Of a stretch of DNA of 64,000 nucleotides, positions 12,398 to 25,600 are shown in pieces. Both the position numbers and the translations under genes were made by a program. The notes beneath the pieces were generated by a model. It saw nothing but the letters and a program-made list of their open reading frames with translations. It was not told the DNA's origin and made no database searches. Source of the DNA: Lepidodermella squamata. Taxonomy: Eukaryota > Animalia > Gastrotricha. Positions within the stretch are counted from its first letter, which is position 1. Every line of letters begins with the position of its first letter. The stretch is from contig JBLDXI010000001.1 of assembly GCA_047495785.1 (NCBI GenBank), positions 4,898,001 through 4,962,000 of the forward strand, read 5' to 3'.

Positions 12398-15120
12398 TCA
12401 CAATCATTCAATGTATTCGTGTATTCGTTTTTCACTTTTCCTCATTTCTAGGTCAACCAAATTTAGGTCACTTACTCACATTAGGTCACGTAAAAGCGAC
12501 TTATTAAAGGCAACACTTTGACCTGATAGTAAAAAATCAGGTCAAATCGTTTAATAACTCGCTTTTGCGTCCTTACTATGATCGGCTATGATGGGAGATG
12601 GGTCGGGAATATCATCGTAAGGACAACTCCGCTTGCTTGGAAATACAGCCGGGTGTTAGGAGCAGCCATCGCAGGCCTAATAGCATGGGCCATGCCTGTA
12701 TTGCCACGCTGCTATGAGTACTACGCTATGAGTAGCTATGGTTAGGATGTTAACCAGGCTTAGTCGGCCCCGTTTTATTTGGTGGAAGCGAATACTGCTT
12801 GTTGACGCTTGACGCAGAAATATAGTTCCTTTAGGACAGTCGGTTATAGGGCTGTATCGCAGCGACGTTCAGACAGGCGAATGCTTCATCGAATGACATG
12901 GCCTTGTTACCAATTCATCAACGTAGTCAAACGCCTTCTGCCAGGAACTTTTCCCTGTTCCCAAGCTTTAGATATTTCAGCAATAAATAGGTACAGCGAA
13001 TAGCCGTCTCGCGGCATTCGTTTCGACCAAAACGAAAATGCGAGGCGAATATATAGTATACCTATATCGTTTCCAAATTTACTAATATATTAGAGCAATT
13101 ACTTGGTACGGCTGTGGAATTTTTCGTATCAGTCGTTACTCGGCACCCGGCACCCGCAGTTCATAGCAAAAAGATTAAAACCGGGCGACTGCTTGAAGCA
13201 TTTGAGAAATGTTACCGAGTGTGGATTAAACCGAACCAATTTTTTCTCAGGTGCTCGATTTTTGGCTCTAAAACGTGGGACAACGCGCCTTAAAGTCACC
13301 TCTTTTTTCAGAGGCTCGAGACAATGGCAAGTATTCATCGTAAACTAGCCGAAAATATTAGGCCAAAGTTATACACTGCGCAAAACTATCCGGTCCATTG
13401 TCACTTGCCCGATATTTGCCAGCCATTTGTGAACAATTTATCGTAGGTAAATGGACATTTTTAGTTATGTTTTTAAACTTGTTCTTAAGTATGGTAGATT
13501 TTAGAGCAGCAGTTCTGCTATTCCTATTATTTTGCTTGCTGATTCAGCGAGAAGAAATTGACCCTTAGCAAGGGAATAGTGGGCGAATTTTGTGAATTTT
13601 CCAAAATAACATGTAGACCTGCAGTAGAAGGTCTGAGATTCAATTATTCTTTAAACCACTCCATTTCAGGATTTTGAGTTTCATCCTGTCCTATTAATAT
13701 GGTGGGAAAGACTACCTTGCCTGCGAATAGTCTTTTCGGTTCAGGTGGGGACACATGGGGACAACACGATCTTGAAAAATTCGAAACGAGATCCCTCTCA
13801 GATCCCACATTTATATCGACTGAGATGTAGAAAATTCGTTTCATATTTATCGTCTGACCTGACCAGATGCAATAAAAATTCATCGTACGAAGTATGCGCG
13901 TTTCTGAAATCGTCCGCTGATTTTGATACATTTTGATACCCATATTCTCAGCAGAAATATTGGCTTATCGATCTCACGATGCCAAAAATTATCCCAAACG
14001 GCTTGTTTCGCTTGTTGTTGTTTCCATTTAAAGTGGGTCGTTCTTTGCACCGTTCAATATTTTCGGTTCCCGAACGAACGCGAAATCGTGTTGTAGGTAT
14101 ATAAAATATTTTCATGTACTATTAGATATTTTATGATACAAATTTGGTGAAATTATTTACTGCTTTTCCTCTCATTTTCAGCTGATTCTGCTGCTGCCAA
14201 ATATGTTCACGAAATTTCGTAGATTTCATCGATATCCGCGTTAAGCCGGCATTTGGCTGCGGAAATATTTTGTCGCGTTCCTCGCCCACGTGGTTATTAG
14301 CTTACCGGGTATTATTTTGTTCGGAATGCGGCTGGCGTGAGAGAGAGAGAGCAACTTGATGCCATCAAGCTGGTGCGCGTTACCGCACAGATGATGACCT
14401 ATCGACCGACTTTGTCACCCCCGCCGCATTTAGCCTCTTGTGCCGGCCGCCCGGTTAACACTCGAAACAGCCGTAAATAGCGCCCGCCTATCACGCATGC
14501 ATTACGCCGGCTGCGTGTTGCCTTGAGAGCGCATAACATAAGATCCATTTCCCGACCGCTTGTGAGTAATATAATATTATGTTAGGCCCTCATCCACGAT
14601 AATAATAGACAACGTACGGTATTCATTTCATGTTATAGGCCTTGAGGAATGAAGTGGAGAAACATAATTGGTCAGAAAGCCGCAAAATTCCATGTTACGT
14701 CACGTAAAACGATCTCGAGATTCCGAAAATGCCTGGCTAATTGCAAGAGAAAGTCATTGATGGATTATGCAAAACTTCCAGGAAACCAATTTGAAACTTG
14801 CAGATTTTTGGTACCTATGCAGGGTACAGCACGGTATTTTCTGATTCAACGGTTGGTTGCACAAAAACTTGATTGGAAGAGGAACGGGAAACATTAGACA
14901 CCTCTCCCTATGGCTATTTGCATCAAAATGTATAAAATGATTGAAAATTATAAAAGCTCTCTGAAAATTTCCAAATAATTATTTCCAAGTTTTCTCTGAG
15001 GAGCGCCGCCGTTTTATTTTCAAAATAATTTTCATTTTTTCAAATCTTACTCTGCGCTCGCCTTTTATTTTGACGCAAAAGTTGCCTTGAAATTGTTTGA
15101 TGCAATTCGGAACCCAATTA

Positions 15121-15559
15121 CAGTGAAAGTTGTCTAAACGCCAGGCAAAATGGTCCGGTTTAGACGAAGTCCGGTTTAGAATTAGGAAATATAAGGGAAA
15201 TATACCGTAAAATTCAGGATTTTTCACATTTTACGAAGTCATTGAAGTTACATCTTTCTATATACATGATTGAACTACATTGACCCTAGATGCCTAATTT
15301 TGAAATTTTCCGAGGTATCTCATGACAGGCAGGTGCCTTCATTTTCCCTCAAATCTTCTACAAAATTGGCCTTTTTTATGCGTAAACCGGACTCGGACTC
15401 AAAAATCCGTCCGGTTTATACCACCAGTCCGGTTTAGTGAGTCCGGTTTAGACAATAAAATTATAATGTTAAGTCCATACTTTTGGATCGAGCCACCCGA
15501 AAACGTCTGGTTTAGAGAAAGTCCGGTTTACACCGGTCCGGCTTAGACAACTTTTTCTG
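15121..15559. mobile_element. Tc1/mariner-pogo type MITE
   Basis: TA|CAGTGAAAGTTGTCTAAAC ... GCTTAGACAACTTTTTCTG|TA imperfect TIRs with TA flanks; internal CCGGTTTA repeats. Confidence 0.75.
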
Positions 15560-15964
15560 TATACAGCCGCTTCGATCTTGATGACAAGCATTTGTTGCAT
15601 TTTCTGCTCTCAATTTATCTGCAAAAGTTGGATGAATGAATTCGCGATCGTAGGCTTTTGTGCGAATTCTGTTCACGAGTTCTACGCGAAAAATTGCGAA
15701 CGCTTTTCTTTTTTATTCACGTGCAATTCGACGTCGTTTTCCTTCTGTGAACAGCAAACCCTTTGGCTTCAACAAAACCATCACGAAAAAAGCATGAAAA
15801 ATAAGTCTCGTTTATTTTGAACAGCTCATAATTTGCATAAAACAGGAATTATTTGTAGTTCCACTAGTCCGAAAGTAACAAAAATAGAACAAACTATCCG
15901 GTAAATCACGATGTTTATGATAAAAATAAAGCCAAGTCAATTTTTATCGAAATCCCTTATTATT

Positions 15965-17978
15965 TCACACCAAAATTTGTCCTCGCGACGCTTTCATCGC
16001 CATAATTTCATCGAGAACAGCGCGGAAAGCTTCGAAACTGACAGTTTCACGGTCGGCTGAGCGGCGGCCAGACGGCGCTGTCAACTTGCCGCCGTTCGAT
16101 TGAATCGACTGGGCGCGTTCGAAAATCGCCTCGAAATCGCCCTCAGTCATATCGACGCCAATGTGCGACAGAATCGTCTTGATTTCGGTGCGACTTCGCG
16201 GCTGGAAAATGTCACGCTCCGTCAGACCGTGACGCGCCATTATCGACGGGCGAATCGACGCCCACGCGCCCGGTTCGTCGCCGTAATTTTGCCGATCGTC
16301 CAATTTTCGAAGCCGAGGCGCTGGTAGGTCGAACCGCCTCGAGGGTACCCCAAAGGTCCGCAAATTCGCAGTTGAAACGTCAGAATTCGCACCGTAAAGC
16401 GACGAGGTTTTCCGATAATCAGTTATTGATTCATCGATTTTCTTTTCTAATTTCGCGAGGTTAGCCGGGTCTTCTGAGTTGTGCTTCAAACACGCGGTGG
16501 TTTTCGCGTCACCAATCGTCCGATCAGTCCAGTTGAGAATGCAGACTAATTGGCCGTAATTGATTCGGCCGATTTTAGGCCCATTCGGGGCGTCAATGCC
16601 GCATAATTCGGACGAAGGACCGCAAATACCCACATCGCATAGATCTAGCAGTTGTTCAAGGACTTCTGGCTCCAAAGGAACGCCCATCGTTTTAAAAATA
16701 TTTCGCATATCCTCGAGTGGTAGACTGCCCGCGTTTTCTTTATCCTTCGCCAGGCAAATATTCATAAATTGTTCAAAAGCTGCCCATTGATGCTTTTTCA
16801 ACTGCCTGCGAACTTCTGAAATGATGGCGTTTCTTCGATTCCAGTGGTTATGCAGCCACTCTTTCGGAGTTCTCATATGGATCAATTCGCCAGCTTTGTA
16901 AGGATCAGGCTTTGATGGCAGGCCAAAAGTGTAGCATAATGGATCGACAGGCATTGTATCAGCAATTGGGTCACGCACTTTGCCTAACTGATGCGAAAAA
17001 CGTTCTCGGTAGTTGACTAAACGCTCAGATTCAACCCGAGCGCCTTTTCGCTCTAAGCATTCGGTCATCCAATCCATGGCTTTCTTTGTCTTACCACCCC
17101 TCGGGTCATTCGGGGTCGGCATGCCAAATTTCTTCATATCGTCTAAAATGAAATAAGCTATTCAAACAGGATATCGGGGATATGCGAAAAAAACAAACCG
17201 AAACATGGGTAATCTCGATGTTTCTGTTCGCCAGGGTAGTAGGCCGAGTGACTGAGACGGTAAAGATCTTTGCACTGATCGCCTTCCCACTCGACTTGTA
17301 AGGTTGACTTGGGTGGGTTGATGATTTTACCTCCATCTTCATCTCTGACATTCTTAACGCCAAAAGTGGCTTCGTATGGGTCAATATTAGCAGGTAGATT
17401 CGGTTTTGGAACTGCGCCGAGTGGATGTTTTGTGGAGGCATAACAGTTGGCCTCTTTCATCAAATCGAGGTGATGCTCGACTAAGGACTTGGGAGGCGGG
17501 TTAAGCAGATCTCCGCTGGTGTCGAACTGTTTTGTCGGCAAGCCATGAACACGTTCTTGAGCTATCTGACGTTCTGGATCATTGACTTGCCCGTAGTGAA
17601 TGCGGCGTTGTTCGTAAGGTGTGAAGTAGTAATTGTGAAACTTCTCGATGTTGGGCGGTAGCGGTCCCTGAAATTGCAGTGATGTTTCAAGTTATGCTCA
17701 AAGTAGTTCCAATTTACCTCAGGTGCGCTCTTGATTATCTTTCCGACATTCTCCACCTCAGGGCCTGGCAGTAGACCTGCCCCGGGCAATTCAGGAAATC
17801 GTTCTTTGAATTTGTCAGGGAATACAGGCTGCTTCTTTTGCCGATAAAGCGGAGTCGGCTCGACGTAAATCGGCAGCTTTCCCATAACAGGGGGAACGGA
17901 TGTTCGAATAGAGTTGAAAGCCTCGGCCGAGCCAACCTGAATGCCATCACTAGATCCAGCAGCGTTAGCCTCAGGCAT
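15965..17978 (-). CDS. EFHB: EF-hand domain family member B (ciliary protein), 3 exons
   Basis: Repeated motifs FGxPT/PNDPRG, YxxSHxAYYPGEQKHRDY, GVPSRRFDLPAPRLRKLDDRQNYGDE and C-terminal VSFEAFR; introns ~17668-17717 and ~17144-17202. Confidence 0.85.
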
Positions 17979-18132
17979 TGTCACTTCAAGGTTTAATTCG
18001 TTAAACGCCCTAATACAAATCGTTCAGTTAACCAACTGGGAAATCCAGGGCATGTTTATGGGGACCAAAACAGAATGCTGCAATAAAAACATGAGCAGCT
18101 TCAAATCGCCACAAATAATAGGTTTCATTTAG

Positions 18133-18146
18133 GTTGCTTAGGCGAT
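18133..18146. promoter_or_regulatory. Candidate RFX X-box upstream of EFHB
   Basis: GTTGCTTAGGCGAT resembles GTTGCCATGGCAAC and lies ~155 bp upstream of a ciliary gene. Confidence 0.4.
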
Positions 18147-18440
18147 GCCGGGAGCTCAGGAAGTATCGGCCTCTTGAGGTGGTTACCTACTGACCGCTTT
18201 TCATGGCGTGTTGCTACGGACTCATAATTATTGTTGTCATGCCCATAAATTTTTATTAAAACATAAAAATATAACACTTGAAATTTATTGGAATAATTAT
18301 ATTAATTTGTGATCATGATGATTTGAGACCCACGTGGTTTGACTCCTGATGATCTCCCACGGTTTGAGGTTCTCATCAGATTTGGCAACAACTCAGACGA
18401 GAACGCAGGAGCTTCTGAAAGCAAAATAGAGCTACGGGAG

Positions 18441-18627
18441 TCATGTGACGTATATGTAGACGGACGCAGGACTACCTGATTTTACCTAATCCATAAAACA
18501 CGAATATTCAGAAATTCGGCCTGGCCTGTATCACAACAATGGATAAATCGAACGAGATCATAATCTTTTCCGCGATGTTTTTCGGGTAGTCCTGCTTCCG
18601 TCAACATACGTCATCTACGTCACATGA
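18441..18627. mobile_element. Short MITE with 6-bp direct flanks
   Basis: TCATGTGACGTA...GCAGGACTACCTGA and TCGGGTAGTCCTGC...TACGTCACATGA are inverted; CGGGAG is repeated on both sides. Confidence 0.7.
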
Positions 18628-19136
18628 CGGGAGCGACCTGTTTCATCATGGATCATCCTGATAAGTTTTGCACTTGATAATGTGGTATTGAAATCGGAAA
18701 ATCCTGATATTTCAATTCGACCCTTTGAGGTCTTGACGACGCGACAAGAAGCCAAGGTAGAAGATCTTATTCTGATGCAGTGCAAACTCCGATGGATGGT
18801 AATGATTTAAAAGCGTCCATTTTCTCTTCGGTAGCTTCAATCTGTGGAGAAATGCGCCAAATTCTTTTTTGACTTGTGGAAAAAATGGCACGAATCAAAT
18901 TGAGGAGAATCAGTGCATTTCTCGTCTGTATGCTGAATTAATGATGTTATTGCCAAAATCGTAACCTTGAAAGTAGAAAAGCATTTCCTGGAAGTCATCG
19001 TTAGTGGAATACAATTAGCTTGGAGGCCATGGTGTGTTTTATTGAACGTTCGTCATATGTTAATTAACTGCAAGGAGAAAGCAATTCGATATGCTGTACA
19101 TTCTCTATCACTTCAATGGCGTTTATTGATTGTTAA

Positions 19137-19542
19137 TTACCATGGACATGCGACAAAGCCTGGGTGGCCTAATGGGTCTCCGAGTGGTGGCTCGTATCCT
19201 GAAAATGAAGATAGAAGTGCTTAGTGTGGAAAGTTGAATACTCCTACCTTCTCGCCAGCTACAAGCAGGATCGCCTAATTCTTCGCCATTAGTTAGGCCG
19301 TCATTATCACTGTCCTTGTGGCATAGCCAACGGGTCCATTTGAATCCAGCTTCTTTAAAATCACGGCCGAACAAATTTATTGCCCCGCCACCTTGATCAT
19401 GCGCATGCCCTGCAGCTGGCCAACTCCATCCGGGTGGTTTGCATGGATGCGGCACCCGAAATCCATTCGGGATGCGACTTTGAAACATCTCTAGCGCGTA
19501 AGCTAACTCAAGGCCAATCAGAACCAGCATCAATCGAACCAT
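19137..19542 (-). CDS. Temptin-like secreted protein (2 exons)
   Basis: Signal peptide, then FQSRIPNGFRVPHPC...GH...GGG.N.FGRDF...WTRWLCHKDSDNDGLTNGEELGDPACSW|...GHPG, the temptin Cys/Cys domain pattern. Confidence 0.85.
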
Positions 19543-19673
19543 TTTCGATGAGAATGAGATTTATCATCAAACGATAGCTAGACTAACGCGACGCTTTCAG
19601 CCGGAAATGTGAACTCGGGTCACCAGACTTTATTATTGATTTTTCATTGCTAGATTTATGTTATTTATATGAA

Positions 19674-22600
19674 ATGAAACGGCAGTTCCTGAAACCGGCC
19701 GATGTCAGTACGGTCGGCATTGGCTTGAAGCCTGGTATAACTGAAGAAAGAGCCGACCCTGGGTCATTCAGTGCGGTTTTCAACCCTCACCGGGCTTTGA
19801 GTATCGCCCAACAGCGCCAGCAGTTGCCGGTCTTTAAAGCGAGAACGCATTTGCTGTATTTACTCGAGACCCATCAAACGCTGATTATTGAAGGCGAAAC
19901 CGGTATAATTATATGGCTTAAGACGAGAAAAAAATGAAAAATTCGTTAATTTTCAGGCTCTGGAAAATCTACTCAAATTGCGCAGTATTTGAACGAAGCC
20001 GGCTGGACGGCGAATGGGTTGAAAATAGCCGTAACCCAACCGAGGCGTATTTCGTGCGTTAACCTCGCAACTCGAGTTGCCGAAGAAATGGGCTCGGCAC
20101 TCGGGAGAGAAGTCGGCTATGCCGTACGTTTCGATGACTGCTACGACGCTCGGCTGACGCGGATAAAATTTCTCACAGAAGGCATGCTGATTCGCGAGAT
20201 GATGCGAGACCCATTGCTGCGACAATACGCAGTAGTAATGGTGAGCTAAAATCTCCTATAATTATTCATGATATTTCCTAAAGGAAAATTTCACAAAATC
20301 ACAACAAATTCTGCACCTATCAAGGTTTTTTTTTACCGATAACGATTACTATCATTTCCTGAATTTCCTGCGAAGCTCAAAATAATTTTATTCAGTGCCA
20401 ATAGTACCAACAGCTTTTTTCATCTTTTCCTCGCTTTGAAACACGACCGCCAGAGACGTAGCCACTCATAGTGCTACGACTGCCACTGCTAGCTTTGAGT
20501 TAGCTTTTTGAGGAGAAACTGGCGATCCATCAGAATGATAGAGCGGCTTAAACTTCAGGTGCTGGGAGGAGCCTTAACTGTCGATCTTGCGACCATTTGA
20601 TGCCAAAGAAAATCATTGGTATTCAAAGAAAATCAGTGGATTCTGTATTCTGAAATGAATAACAAACATAATTTTAGAATCGAACTGAATTTAAACGAAG
20701 AATAACATTAAAAGTGGTTGCGGCAAAAATTCAACATGTTTTTTCAATATGTCGGAAAAAGAGATACAATCAACAGCGCTCGTTTTAGTTTTAGCTCTGG
20801 TGGTGAAAAGCGAGACAGCTACGTCGTAGCGGCCGAAAATTTCTGCGAGATGCACGGCCGATAGGCGAATGTAGCGCTTTTTCTCGCTACAAAAGCTAAC
20901 AGCTTTTACTTGATGCAGTAAATTTGTCATCAAGTACTGACCTTTAAGCAAGCTTCCAGCCGAGCCAACTTACCTACGGGAAAAACGCATTGTCGGTTAA
21001 CAGCATGAGCTGCATCGCGATTGTGATGCGTTTGGAGAGCTTGAACCGATTTTTTGGCCAGGAGCACCAGATCTTTTTTGGGGATCGAAACGCGCCACCG
21101 GATCAAACAATTGAGAGTCAGATCATCGATGCGTCGAAATTCGGTGACCGCACAGCTATGCTTGAGAATATATTGATTTTGAGGACATTTTTGGCTATTT
21201 GATTTGATCAAATTGAGGAGAGAGATATTTGAAGAGCTATTTTACCTATTTTACATGAATGCGTTAAAATAATTACATGATTTTTTGATTAGTATGAAAT
21301 TCAACATTTTGGCAGCGAATTGTACGAGCTTCATGCAAAATTCAATATTAAGAAAGCAAATTCGCTATTACCTAAATAATCGGAAATCGGCTTATTTCTG
21401 CATTTTTTCCCTATTTCGCGGAACGGTTAAAAGCGAATTGCTTCAAAAAATTTGAAAAATATAGGCACTGAGTTGTAATTATTTTTCGATTTTATTTTCA
21501 GGTAGATGAAGCGCATGAACGATGCCTGAATACCGATATCGTCATCGGCCTTCTCCGAAAAATTCAGAAAAAACGCCGCGATCTGCGAATAATAATCTCC
21601 TCGGCAACAATGGACGTGCGTGAATTTCGCGAGTTTTTCGAAGCAGCCCACGAACAGAAAACGGAGAGCGAAACCTCGAAAACCGATATGGATTCAAATT
21701 TGAAACCAGTCGCCGAACTAGCCGTTGAAGGCGCCGTTTTTCCCGTCAAAATTTTCTACTCGTCGAGCCCGGTTGCCGACTACGTTGCCGCGAGCATCGA
21801 GACCGTGCAGAAAATTCACGAAAATCTGCCCGTTGGCGATGTTTTGGTATTTCTGACCGGGCAGGAAGAAATCGAACGGGCGTGTCGCAGTCTCAATGAA
21901 TACGCCGAGACACTGCCGAAAAAAGCCATGCGGTTACAAGTCGCGCCGTTATACAGCGGTCTGCCATTTGCTGATCAAATCAAAGTTTTCGATCCTCTTC
22001 CACCCTATATTCGCAAAGTGAGTTCGTGTTTCGATCTTGAATTTATTAGCGATTGTCATGTCTTAAATTACCAGCGTTTCCTGGGTTCTTAAATCACCAA
22101 ATTATACAGCGTTTCAAGGTTTTTAAATTTGTTTGAAAAATTGAGGGGGAATTATTAGCTAATTCAAAACAAAAATGAAAGTTTAAACATTTAAATTTGA
22201 GTGAAATTATCTCATTTTCAACATAAAATGTCGTGAATTGGTTACTTTAAACGGCAATCAACCTATTTCGAATATTTCGGCGTTGAGAAAGGATTCAAAT
22301 TTTCGCATTTGAAAGTGATGTAAAGAAGTTGGAATTTATTAACAAATTTTATCTCTCGTAAATATTACGGTAGCCCCAATGGGCTGTACCTAGTGTTTGC
22401 AAGTAGGCATGCATAATCGACGAGCGAGCACGTGCGCTGGTATTGATGTGCGACGTGTGTGCGTGTGTGTGCTTAGCCTGACTATTGTTTGCTGCTATTT
22501 GAGAGGCGTAGTCCTATGTGGAAAATGCGAGCGCCGCTAGTGTAACGGTATCATACAAGATTCCCATTCTTGTGACCCGGGTTCGACTCCCGGGCGGCGC

Positions 22601-25600
22601 ACTTTCACTTTTTCATTTTTTTTTTTTATTATTATTTTTATCATGTTCGATTCTATTCGGACTTGAAATTTCATACTCCCATTATTTCATAGACGGGATT
22701 ATTTTTAAGAATATGTGAGGACAGAACCTTAGGGTTAGGCTTAGACAAGGCGCATGAGATTCGCTTTTCATAGACAACATCAGATACATTCTTGTTAGTC
22801 ATTACTAAAACTGAACTTGAAATAATAATAATAGTGTTTTGTTTTTTCTCTCATTCGACTTGCGCGTCTATACCGTTTCCGGTTTTGGAGAGGGCGAAGG
22901 CAGGCGAAAGATGGAAATCACCCACCCCCACAGTTGAATATCTTAAAACTGAGACTTGATCCATGCTAATTAATTAACTACTCGAAAAATTTGTCGATCT
23001 GTAGCCGTAAAATCACTCGCTCCAAACTCTGAGCCCATGGAGATCGGGATAGATATAACCACCTATATTATATTGTCTTTGTTTAGGTAATAATAGCGAC
23101 TAATTTGGCGGAAGCGTCGGTGACGGTGCCGAACGTTGGCTACGTGATCGACAGCGGTTTCGTGAAGCTGAAAGTGCTGAACCCGAAGAACGGCCTCGAA
23201 GCCCTGATGACGGTGCCGGTGTCGAAAGCGAGCGCCGACCAGCGGGCGGGCCGGGCCGGTCGAACGCGTGACGGCTCGGTGTTCCGGCTGTACACGGAGG
23301 ACGCGTACTCGAACATGCTGGCCGACTTCACGGTTCCCGAAATGGCCCGCTGCGACGTTGCTGGGTACGTTTCACTTTCATATGAACCTCTAACCTCAAA
23401 TAGCTCGCTCAATCGGCTACCATGAAGTCCGAAGTAAGAGCGCGGGACTTACCGTAGTGTTTAAAATGATCAAAAATATCAGAAATAAGGCATGCCCTCA
23501 TTCAATTATTATTATTATTTGCAAAATTTCAATGCAGTGAAGAGGAGGTCAGAATTAAATCAGTGAGCATTATCCGAATTTCACGGATAATCTCTCTAAG
23601 GCGCTAAATATCATTTCGAACGACTAGACAATCCGGCACTTCAATAGGGCACATCTGGTGGAAAGACCCGGAATGCGAGGGTGGAATGAAAACATTTAAG
23701 ATAAAAGAGAAACATTTTTTCATCATTTTGTAGTCGGAGAATGATGAGAAATTATTTCATCTTTGGCTCTGTATCTATCATATCACCAGTCAGTCATTTT
23801 TCCTAGTTACGCAGCAATTATTGAATCACGAACTTGGAACGCAGTTGATAGTTATCAGTCGAATATGAGGCATGCTAAAACTGAATAATCCATGATATTC
23901 AAATTTGCTACGCGTTCGTTCCAGCGCTCGACTTGCACTCTACCCACTGGCAATACCGCGGCTACGAATAACCTCTTTTGTTGTTCATCAGTGTGAGCGA
24001 TCGCCGGGCATAGCACGTTGTATTTTAAGTGAAGACCCTTGAAAAGCTTGTCCACCGCAAATTGCATACCAGGCGTTATTGGTTTGCATCTCGTTGGAGA
24101 GATCAGTGTCGTTTGAACGACCTGGATATAAAGGCGATACATAACACGCGGCACAGCGGAGGCTTTTCATGGTAGAGCCGTCTCGATATTTGCTATAAAT
24201 TCTTTTACGGTGATTGAAATCTTTGTGAGGAATAGAGGCTTTAATATAGGGCTAAAGTTTTTACCATGGAATGAAAAATTATAATGGTGGACCGAACCTT
24301 TGGAAAAGTCAAATAAATCACCAATTGCTACACGAGAATTTGTCTAAATAAGTGGATACCCGGGTGGAAAATTGGAGTAGACTCGCTCGAACAGCCGGAC
24401 GAACTCGTCTATTCCTCTCCACGAAGGTTCAAAACGGAGAGATGAGCCGATGATTTCGACTAGAAGGTCGCCCAAGGTCGTCATCTGATTTGAAAGACCT
24501 GCTACTACCTCCATTTAATCCAGCCAAGAATGGATATTTATATTGATCCGGTAGAAAATTTGCATTCGGGCACGGGACATGTGATCTCTTGAATCTTGAC
24601 CTTGATCTCGAGGCGGGTAGACCCCTGCCTATCGCCATCCTGTTGGAAATTTAGGAATACCGACGCTGACAGGCCGGGATTAGTGTGTTGCGATTTCTTC
24701 TTTCAATTTTTTCAAATATTCCTCGACAGTCACATTGCCGTCGAAAAAAATCGGGCCGATAATTGCATCACCGAGAATGAGCCAGACCATTACTTGGGGA
24801 GCACCTGCTTCTGGGTGTCACTGTAGTAGTGGAAGCTGTTTATCTTTCGTGGCATTTGGGAAACTTGATTTCAACGTGTAGATCGATAGATTATAACTTG
24901 GCCATGGAAGACGTTTGCAACTACCTTGGTTGCAGAATCCGTTATCAAAACCATTATTTTCAGCCATTTATATATTCAAAAATTTGATGTTTCTGGTCGT
25001 TTTTTCAATTGCAGTGCGGTACTGCAGCTGATGGCTCTGGGCGTATCGAATGTGGTTCGTTTTCACTACCTGTCACCGCCTCCTGCGCTGCACCTGGCCC
25101 GCGCATTGGAACTGCTGTACGCGCTGGGCGCTATTGATGCCAAGGGCTCGTTGACGGACCCGCTCGGCGTGCGCATGGCTGAATTTCCGCTATCACCTAT
25201 GTTCGCCAAGGTACGATTTTCTTATCAGTCTTCAATTCGAACTTGGCAAACATAAAAATTCGCGAAATCTTGAGCATTTGAAACGACATGCTAGAAAATT
25301 CATGACCTTCTGGCGAGAGGCTTTAAAATTGAAATATGTCTAGAATCCATTGGAATGACGTTTTTTGTCGCTTTTTATGCTGTAGATGCTGCTGGCGTCT
25401 GGCGAGCTGGGCTGTTCTGAAGAGGCGCTCACGATCGCTGCCATGTGCCAGATCCAGAACGTGTTCGTGCAGGTGCCGCCGTCTGCGGGCGGCAAGGCGC
25501 GTCGCCAGGCCGCCATCTCGCGGCGCCTCTTCTCGGTGGCCGAGGGCGACCACATGACGCTGCTCAACGCCTACCGCGCCTTCATCGAAAACCAGCGATC

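Noticed and set aside
13634-13655. TGAGATTCAA, a miR-1175-like seed
   Set aside because: No complementary arm forming a pre-miRNA; the rest of the sequence does not match
23820-24900. Possible nested gene or TE in DHX35 intron 4
   Set aside because: Compositionally distinct, but I found no convincing ORF, motif or termini
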